A stretch of 27,121 nt of DNA, taken from positions 1-27,121 of the forward strand of contig JANPEF010000140.1 of the NCBI GenBank assembly GCA_031431875.1, written 5' to 3'. The first letter of the stretch is position 1; each line of letters begins with the position of its first letter. Positions 20,945 through 27,121 of this stretch are shown in pieces. The stretch comes from Candidatus Eiseniibacteriota bacterium (GTDB lineage: Bacteria; Eisenbacteria; RBG-16-71-46; DASYSL01). The position numbers were made by a program, and so were the translations under genes. Below the pieces are notes generated by a model. The model was given only the letters and a program-made list of their open reading frames with translations, did no database searches and was not told the DNA's origin.

Positions 20945-21125
20945 GTGCCAAGTGGAAGCCCGAGTGCGGCTTCCCACCCCCTGCGGGCCCAAGGCCCTGC
21001 GCCCGGGTCGAAATCGAAGCGCCGCACCAACGCGCGCCACGAGTCCTGCCATCCCGTTACAACGGGGGAGGACCGTGCGCATCTCGGGGCGGGGTCGATC
21101 ATCGACCCTGCCCCGATTTTCTTTT
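20945..21125 (+). promoter_or_regulatory. L20-leader-like cis-regulatory RNA (attenuator) upstream of infC
   Basis: AAGTGGAAGC..GCTTCCCACC with stem GGAAGCC/GGCTTCC resembles the recalled L20 leader core (AAGUAGAAGC..GCUUCUCACC); followed by a strong terminator; expected position. Confidence 0.7.
21084..21125 (+). terminator. Intrinsic terminator within the infC leader
   Basis: TCGGGGCGGGGTCGA / TCGACCCTGCCCCGA stem (one G-U pair) followed by TTTTCTTTT. Confidence 0.85.
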
Positions 21126-21217
21126 GCGTGCGCGACCCGCACGCGAGGACCTCGGGCGGTGCGCGGGATCGGGCGGCCCGAGGAAACGCACGGTGGAGCC
21201 TTTACGTGGAGGTGGTT

Positions 21218-21877
21218 ATCCCCGCACCGTATCGCCCCCAGGAACCCCGCGCCAACGAGACGCGCATCAACGAACGCATCCGCGTGCCGCAGGTTCGCGT
21301 GATCGCCGACGACGGAACCCAGCTCGGCATCCTCTCCGTTCGTGAAGCCCTCACGATCGCGCAGGAGAAGAACCTCGACCTCGTCGAGGTTTCGCCGACG
21401 GCGCGTCCGCCCGTGTGCCGGATCATGGACTACGGGAAGTTCAAGTATGAACAGAGCAAGCGCGAGCGAGTGGCGCGGAAGAAGCAGCACGTGCAGCAGC
21501 TGAAGGAAATCAAGCTGCGACCGAAGATCGACGATCACGATTTCGACTTCAAGGTCGAGCACGCGCGCCAGTTCCTGAAGGAGCGCGACAAGGTGAAGGT
21601 GACGTTGACCTTCCGCGGTCGCGAGATGGCGCATCCGGAACTCGGGTACGCGATGATGCAGCGCGTGCTGGTCGACCTGGCCGAGTACGGAAGTCCGGAA
21701 TCGATGCCGCGCAGCGAGGGTCGCTCGCTCACCATGGTGTTGCTGCCGAAGCCGGCGAAATCCACGCCCGCTCCGGCCAAGCCTGCCGCACCCGGCGCGC
21801 CCGCGGGCGCCCCGGCTCCCGCGAAGCCCGCCCCGCGTCCCAGCGCGGCGACCGCGGAACCGACCGAACCGTCGTAA
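21218..21877 (+). CDS. infC: Translation initiation factor IF-3 (probable ATC start, Pro/Ala-rich tail, ~219 aa)
   Basis: RINERI, LDLVEVSP, PPVCRIMDYGKFKYE, KEIKLRPKI, FRGRE; SD GGAGGT at 21208-13 precedes an in-frame ATC at 21218. Confidence 0.95.
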   Translation: MPAPYRPQEPRANETRINERIRVPQVRVIADDGTQLGILSVREALTIAQEKNLDLVEVSPTARPPVCRIMDYGKFKYEQSKRERVARKKQHVQQLKEIKLRPKIDDHDFDFKVEHARQFLKERDKVKVTLTFRGREMAHPELGYAMMQRVLVDLAEYGSPESMPRSEGRSLTMVLLPKPAKSTPAPAKPAAPGAPAGAPAPAKPAPRPSAATAEPTEPS

Positions 21878-21889
21878 CGAGGAGACGTC

Positions 21890-22087
21890 ATGCCGAAGAT
21901 GAAGACGAACCGGGCCGCCGCCAAGCGCTTCAAGCTGACCGGCACCGGAAAGATCAAGCGCGGGAAGGCCTACGCGCGACACATCCTGACCAAGAAGTCG
22001 CGGACGCGAAAGCGTAACCTGAACAAGTCCACGCTGGTCCACAAGACCGAGCACAAGCGCGTCATGCGTATGCTCGGCCTGCGCTAG
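21890..22087 (+). CDS. rpmI: 50S ribosomal protein L35
   Basis: [27 protein letters not shown]; synteny. Confidence 0.98.
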   Translation: MPKMKTNRAAAKRFKLTGTGKIKRGKAYARHILTKKSRTRKRNLNKSTLVHKTEHKRVMRMLGLR

Positions 22088-22105
22088 ACAAGGGGAAGAC
22101 GAACC

Positions 22106-22462
22106 ATGCCTCGTACTAAAACCGTCGTCCCCGGACGTCGTCGCCGCAAGAAGGTCATGGCCGCGGTCAAGGGCAACTTCTCCGGCCGTCGCAAGCTCTA
22201 CCAGACCGCCCGCGAGACGCTGACCCGCGCGCTCCAGTTCGCCTACGAGCATCGCCGCACCAAGAAGCGCGAATTCCGCGCCCTGTGGATCACGCGTATC
22301 AACGCGGCGGCGCGCATGAACGGGCTGTCGTACTCCGCCCTGATGGACGGCCTCAAGCGGGCCGAGGTCACGGTCAACCGCAAGGTCCTCGCCGACCTCG
22401 CGGTCCACGACATGCCGGCCTTCGCCCAGCTCGCCGAGGTGGCCAAGCAGGCGCGGGCTTGA
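22106..22462 (+). CDS. rplT: 50S ribosomal protein L20
   Basis: KKREFRALWITRINAAAR, NRKVLADLA; synteny. Confidence 0.98.
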   Translation: MPRTKTVVPGRRRRKKVMAAVKGNFSGRRKLYQTARETLTRALQFAYEHRRTKKREFRALWITRINAAARMNGLSYSALMDGLKRAEVTVNRKVLADLAVHDMPAFAQLAEVAKQARA

Positions 22463-23514
22463 ACGCAGCGGAACTGATCGAGAGCCTCGCCGCCCTGCGG
22501 TCGAGCGCTCTCGACGACGCGCGCGCCGCGACGACGCCCGAGGCGTTGAACGCGGTGCGCGTTCGTGTGCTGGGCCGCAAGGGGGACTTGACGTCCGTGC
22601 TGCGCGGGCTCAAGGATCTCGCACCCGAGGAGCGCACGCAGGTCGGCCAGCAGGCGAACCAGCTCAAGGACGACCTCGAGGCGCTGCTCGCCACACGGCA
22701 GGACGGGCTCGAGGACGCCGCCGAGGAGGGCGCGCGCGGGCTCGACGTCACGCTGCCCGGGCGACGTCCATGGATCGGCGGCCGGCACGTGCTGACCGCG
22801 CTCGAGGCCGAGCTGGTCGACGTGTTCCACGGCCTGGGCTTTACCGCGGGTGAGGGGCCCGAGGTCGAGGACGACTTCCACAACTTCACCGCGCTCAACC
22901 TGCCGCCGGGCCACCCGGCGCGCGAGGCGCACGACACCTACTACGTGTCGCCCACGACCGTGCTGCGCACGCACACCTCGCCGTGCTGGGTGCGCGCCAT
23001 GGAGCAGACCAAGCCGCCGCTGCGGATGGTGTTCCCCGGTCGCGTCTACCGCGCCGAGGCCATCGACGCCTCGCACTCCGACCAGTTCCACCAGATCGAC
23101 GGCCTCTACGTCGAGGCGGATCGTCCGGTGACGCTCGCCGACCTCAAGAGCACGCTGGTCGAGGCGGCGCGGCGGATCATCGGCGCGAAGGTCAAGACGC
23201 GCTTCCGCCCCAGCTACTTCCCGTTCACCGAGCCCTCAGCCGAGATGGACGTGACCTGCATTCGCTGCGGCGGCTCGGGCGCACTCCAGGGTGGCGATCG
23301 CTGCGGCGTGTGCAAGGGCTCGGGCTGGCTCGAGCTCCTCGGGGCGGGAATGGTGCACCCGGCCGTGTTCGAGGCCGTGGGCTACGACCCCGAGAAGGTG
23401 AGCGGCTTTGCCTTCGGCATGGGCCTTGATCGCATGGCGATCCTGCGCCACGACCTGCCCGACATCCGCCTGCTGCTCGAGAACGACGTCCGATTCCTGG
23501 GGCAGTTCTCGTGA
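22459..23514 (+). CDS. pheS: Phenylalanine--tRNA ligase alpha subunit (~351 aa)
   Basis: TTG overlapping the rplT stop; LGRKG, NFTALN..HPAR, RTHTS, PGRVYR, FRPSYFPFTEPS, CxxC..CxxC, GFAFGMG. Confidence 0.96.
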   Translation: MNAAELIESLAALRSSALDDARAATTPEALNAVRVRVLGRKGDLTSVLRGLKDLAPEERTQVGQQANQLKDDLEALLATRQDGLEDAAEEGARGLDVTLPGRRPWIGGRHVLTALEAELVDVFHGLGFTAGEGPEVEDDFHNFTALNLPPGHPAREAHDTYYVSPTTVLRTHTSPCWVRAMEQTKPPLRMVFPGRVYRAEAIDASHSDQFHQIDGLYVEADRPVTLADLKSTLVEAARRIIGAKVKTRFRPSYFPFTEPSAEMDVTCIRCGGSGALQGGDRCGVCKGSGWLELLGAGMVHPAVFEAVGYDPEKVSGFAFGMGLDRMAILRHDLPDIRLLLENDVRFLGQFS

Positions 23515-25952
23515 GGTACCCGCTCTCCTGGATCACGGAGTGGGTCGAGCTGCCGGCCTCTGCCGAGGAGATCGCGCAGCGGCTGACGTCGCGCGGCTTC
23601 CCGGTCGAGGCGATCGCCCGTGTGGGCCACGCCTACGACAATGTCGTCGTCGGGCGCGTACTCGAGGTCGCGAAGCACCCCGACGCCGACAAGCTCGTGC
23701 TCACCCGCGTCGACGTCGGCGGGCCGGCCGTGCTCGACATCGTCTGCGGCGCGCCGAACGTACGCGCCGGCATGACGGTCGCGGTGGCGCTGGTCGGCGC
23801 CGAGCTGCCCGGCAACCTCAGGATCAAGCAGTCGAAGATCCGCGGCGCGGTCTCCCAGGGCATGCTGTGCTCGGCGCGCGAGCTCGAGCTCGGCGGCGAC
23901 CACACCGGCATCCTCGACCTCGACGCGACGGCGGTGATCGGCCGGCCCGTGCGCGAACTGTTCGGCGAGCCCGATTTCATCCTCGACGTCGAGGTGGCGT
24001 ACAACCGCCCCGATGTCCTGTGCATCGCCGGACTGGCGCGCGAGATCGCGGCCGCCTACGATGTCCCGCTCGCCGCCCACGCAGCCGCGCGCTTCGACGC
24101 CACGGTCGCTACCGGCGGCACGTTCAAGGTGCAGGTCGAGGATCCCGACGGCTGCCCGCGCTACCTCGCGCAGGTCGTCCGCGGCGTCAGGGTCGGCCCG
24201 TCACCGGCGTGGCTGGTCGAGCGCCTCGAGCGCGCCGGCATGCGCACGGTGAACAATGTCGTCGACGTGACCAACTACGTCATGCTCGAGCTGGGCCATC
24301 CGCTGCACGCGTTCGATCTCGCCACCCTCCACGGCGGCATGATCGTCGTCCGCCGCGCCCGCGCAGGCGAGACGATGACCACGCTCGACGGCAAGGCGCG
24401 CACGCTCACGGGCGAGCACCTGATGATCGCCGACGCGCAGCACTCGACCTGCATCGCCGGCGTGATGGGCGCGCAGGAGGTCGAGGTCGCGGACTCGACG
24501 ACCGACCTGCTGCTCGAGGCCGCGTGGTTCGACCCGGTGCGCATCCAGCGCGCGGTCAGCGACCACGGCATCATGTCCGAGGCGGCACGGCGCTACGGCC
24601 GCGGCGTCGACCCGAATCTGGCCCCGGCGGCGATGGCCCGCGCCCTCGCCCTGTTCGCCGAGGTCACCGGTGGCACACCCGACGGCCCGGCCACCGACGT
24701 GCGCAGCCGGCACTTCGATCCGGTCGAGCTCGAGTTGCGCCCGATGCGTGTGACGCGGCTGCTCGGCGTGCGCATCGGTCGCGATCGGCTGGGCAAGGAC
24801 CTCGCCGCTCTCGGCTTCGGCGTGGTCGACCCCACGCCCGGACTCGGCGAGGCGCAGGATGACGTGCCGCTCCTCGTCACCGTGCCGACCCGCCGCCGCG
24901 ACGTGACGCGCCCGGTCGACCTGGTCGAGGAGGCGGCCCGTGCCTGGGGCTACGACCACCTGCCCGACGTCCCGCTGGCCACCGGCGGTTCGGTCGGCAC
25001 GCGCCCGCCCGAGCGGCGGTTCAAGGAGACGGTGCGCGACGCATTCGTCGGTCTCGGCTTTCGCGAGTGCCTGACGCCAACGCTGGACGATCCCGCCCGT
25101 CTGGCGCTCACCTGGCCGCTGTTGCCGCATGGTGCGGCGGGGGAGACCCCGGCGTTCGTCACGGTGCTGAACGCGGCCGGGCCCGAGACCTCGGCCCTGC
25201 GCAGCGACCTCGTCTCGGGGCTGCTGCGCGTGGCGGCGCACAACCTGCGCCACGGGGCGGCCGGCCTGCGCCTGTTCGAGATCGGCCGCGTGTTCGCCCC
25301 GCGCCCCGAGGCGCTGCTCCCCGAGGAACGGACGCAGGTTGCCGCCCTGGTCACCGGGCCGCGCTACGGCGAGGCCTGGGACCAGCCGCAGGCCGCCGAC
25401 TTCGCCGACGCGAAGGGGCTCTGGGAGGCAATTCTTTCCCACCTCGAGGTTGACAGCGTGGAGTGGCGACCCTATGCTTCCCGCGGCTGGAAGTCGGGAG
25501 AAGCTGCGGAGTTACGCGCGAAGGTTCATGTGGCTTGCGCGGGGCGGCTCGGCCCCCGTCTCGCCCGGCAACTCGAGATCGAACCGCCCGTCTACCTGTT
25601 CGTGGCCGATTTCGAGGGGCTGCTGCGATCGCGGAAGCCGCGCACCCGCTTCACCCCGTTCACCCGCCTGCCAGGGGTGACGCGCGATCTCGCGTTCTTC
25701 CTGCCCGCGGACGTGCCCCACGGGACGGTCGTCTCGATCGTTCGCGCGGCCGGCGCGCCGTTGCTCTCGGACCTCCGCCTCTTCGACGTCTACGAGGGGA
25801 AGGGCGTCCCCGAGGGAAGGAAGAGCCTCGCCTACACGATGACTTTCCAGGCTGCGGAGCGCACACTGACCGAGGCCGACATCGAAACCGTGCAGCGCAC
25901 CATCGTCGAAGCACTCGCCACGCAGGTCGGCGCCGTGCTTCGCGACCGCTGA
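23511..25952 (+). CDS. pheT: Phenylalanine--tRNA ligase beta subunit (813 aa)
   Basis: HPDADKL, IVCGAPN, SQGMLCS, NNVVDVTNY, DLVEE, LFEIGRVF, RDLAF, LFDVYEG, KSLA; GTGA overlap. Confidence 0.97.
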   Translation: MRYPLSWITEWVELPASAEEIAQRLTSRGFPVEAIARVGHAYDNVVVGRVLEVAKHPDADKLVLTRVDVGGPAVLDIVCGAPNVRAGMTVAVALVGAELPGNLRIKQSKIRGAVSQGMLCSARELELGGDHTGILDLDATAVIGRPVRELFGEPDFILDVEVAYNRPDVLCIAGLAREIAAAYDVPLAAHAAARFDATVATGGTFKVQVEDPDGCPRYLAQVVRGVRVGPSPAWLVERLERAGMRTVNNVVDVTNYVMLELGHPLHAFDLATLHGGMIVVRRARAGETMTTLDGKARTLTGEHLMIADAQHSTCIAGVMGAQEVEVADSTTDLLLEAAWFDPVRIQRAVSDHGIMSEAARRYGRGVDPNLAPAAMARALALFAEVTGGTPDGPATDVRSRHFDPVELELRPMRVTRLLGVRIGRDRLGKDLAALGFGVVDPTPGLGEAQDDVPLLVTVPTRRRDVTRPVDLVEEAARAWGYDHLPDVPLATGGSVGTRPPERRFKETVRDAFVGLGFRECLTPTLDDPARLALTWPLLPHGAAGETPAFVTVLNAAGPETSALRSDLVSGLLRVAAHNLRHGAAGLRLFEIGRVFAPRPEALLPEERTQVAALVTGPRYGEAWDQPQAADFADAKGLWEAILSHLEVDSVEWRPYASRGWKSGEAAELRAKVHVACAGRLGPRLARQLEIEPPVYLFVADFEGLLRSRKPRTRFTPFTRLPGVTRDLAFFLPADVPHGTVVSIVRAAGAPLLSDLRLFDVYEGKGVPEGRKSLAYTMTFQAAERTLTEADIETVQRTIVEALATQVGAVLRDR

Positions 25953-25972
25953 TTCCGAGGAGACGAACCCCG

Positions 25973-26224
25973 ATGGCCGAAGTCATGGAGACCCGGACCA
26001 ACTCGCTCGAAGCCCTTGCCGAACGCATCGACCGCGCCGTCACGGCGATCGGGCGCCTGCGGGCCGAGAACGCGAAGCTGCGCGATCGCCTCGCCGAAGT
26101 GGAGGCGCAGGGCGGCGATCTCGACGCCCTGAAGACCGCCGAGCGGCAGTGGTCGACCGAGCGCAAGGAGATCGCGCACCGCATCGAGGAACTCGTCGCG
26201 AAGCTCGACAAGCTCGACGCCTGA
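25973..26224 (+). CDS. Small coiled-coil protein, ZapB-like (83 aa)
   Basis: GAGGAG RBS; heptad pattern LEALAERIDRAV..LRAENAKL; lies between pheT and zapA. Confidence 0.8.
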   Translation: MAEVMETRTNSLEALAERIDRAVTAIGRLRAENAKLRDRLAEVEAQGGDLDALKTAERQWSTERKEIAHRIEELVAKLDKLDA

Positions 26225-26259
26225 GCGGACCGGACCCGAGTCCGGACGCAGGAGGGACC

Positions 26260-26559
26260 GTGGACGACAAGGGTGGCGTGGTCCAGGTCGACATCTTCGG
26301 CAGCCAGTACACGATCAAGCAGGGATCCGAGGATTCCGAGTACATCGCGCGCGTGGCCGCCTACGTCGACCAGAAGATGCGCGAGATCAACGACCGCCTG
26401 CCGGTCGCCTCGGTCTCCAAGGTCGCCGTCCTCGCCTCGCTCAACCTCGCCGACGAACTGTTCAAGGAGCGCGACGGCATGGGGAGGGACCGCGCGGTCA
26501 TCGATCACCTGAGCGCCAGCTGCGCCGCGCTCGATCGCGCCCTTGAAGGCATCGACTGA
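26260..26559 (+). CDS. zapA: Cell division protein ZapA (99 aa)
   Basis: GGAGG then GTG; VDIFGSQYTI, VAAYVDQKM, AVLASLNLADEL. Confidence 0.92.
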   Translation: MDDKGGVVQVDIFGSQYTIKQGSEDSEYIARVAAYVDQKMREINDRLPVASVSKVAVLASLNLADELFKERDGMGRDRAVIDHLSASCAALDRALEGID

Positions 26560-26570
26560 CGGACGCGGGC

Positions 26571-26600
26571 TTGCCGAACCGGCACGAGGTTCGGTAGAAT
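26571..26600 (+). promoter_or_regulatory. Sigma70-type promoter of 6S RNA
   Basis: TTGCCG (26571-76), 18 nt, TAGAAT (26595-600); contains the dyad CCGAACC/GGTTCGG. Confidence 0.7.
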
Positions 26601-26605
26601 CGTCG

Positions 26606-26789
26606 AAAGCGGCTGCCGTGCTCGTGGCGTATCCGACGATCTCGAGCCAACATTGCACGCATACGGGCGTGCCGAAGTCGGCGATGCGACAAGAGCGCAA
26701 GCTCCGAAGCGGACCCGTCGCTAGGCGCACCCACTCTCATCGAGAGGTTCTCGAGAACCTCCGATCCCACGGCATCTCGGTGGCGCTTT
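26606..26789 (+). ncRNA. ssrS: 6S RNA
   Basis: Directly after zapA (conserved synteny); ~184 nt; ends pair (AAAGC/GCTTT, GCTGCCG/CGGTGGC, CGTGG/CCACG); own promoter. Confidence 0.75.
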
Positions 26790-26822
26790 TCCTGTCGGGG
26801 CCCTCGGGCCCCCGGAACGGCC

Positions 26823-27121
26823 CGACCCCGCGGTCCGGCCGCCACCCCTGCGGAATGGGGGACGCGCGAACTGCCGGCTCCCGCGGCGCGCGTCGGCTTC
26901 GCTGCGATTGAAGCCAGCGACCGCTTCGGCACGCGCTGGGATCAGTGGGCCGCGCGGCTGGGCGTCAAGGACTATTCGACCATCACCGTGCTGGCCGACG
27001 GTGCGAAATGGATCTGGGAGGAAGCCCGGCAGAACCTCGTCGGCAGCGCAGGGGTGTTGGATCTCTATCACGCGCTGGAACACGTGAGCGATACGGCCAA
27101 GACGTTGTTCGGCGAAGGCAC
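26823..27121 (+). mobile_element. ISKra4-family (UPF0236-like) transposase fragment, 5'-truncated, runs off the window
   Basis: Frame absent from the ORF track reads RPRGPAATPAEWGTRELPAPAARVGFAAIEASDRFGTRWDQWAARLG..VLADGAKWIW..VLDLYHALEH; DGAxWIW and LDxYHAxEH are ISKra4-type motifs; no start codon before the homologous region. Confidence 0.8.

Noticed and set aside
20562..21302. 246-aa ORF in the thrS-infC gap, and the upstream extension of infC from 20903
   Set aside because: No motifs; both run through the promoter, leader RNA and terminator.
22459..22462. pheM-type attenuator before pheS
   Set aside because: pheS overlaps the rplT stop, leaving no room for a leader.
26543..26911. 122-aa ORF after zapA
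   Set aside because: Overlaps the 6S RNA and its promoter; no protein features.

Overview
GC-rich bacterial chromosomal window. C-terminal motifs hint at a Ca. Eisenbacteria/Krumholzibacteriota-like organism (inference only). From left to right: (1) a translationally coupled heavy-metal cluster (+): 5'-partial RND adaptor that appears to lack its alpha-helical hairpin, CusA/CzcA-type RND pump, small secreted Cys/His protein, secreted Asp-box/BNR propeller with CxCC and CPxxGP motifs, and a Cu(I)/Ag(I) P1B-ATPase; (2) a convergent (-) operon oppA-oppB-oppC-HExxH protein-GT1 glycosyltransferase with no ATPase genes; (3) aroC-aroF; (4) a non-coding 40-bp palindromic tandem repeat, then an Ada-AlkA fusion; (5) a secreted protein ending in TWGRIKNAYRN; (6) tRNA-Val(GAC), thrS, an ~820-bp gap holding a FlgD-Ig/CTD-like gene relic, a promoter and an L20-leader-like attenuator, then infC (ATC start), rpmI, rplT, pheS, pheT, zapB-like, zapA, 6S RNA; (7) a 5'-truncated ISKra4-family transposase fragment at the right edge. 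All family calls come from motif recognition by eye; no database search was run.
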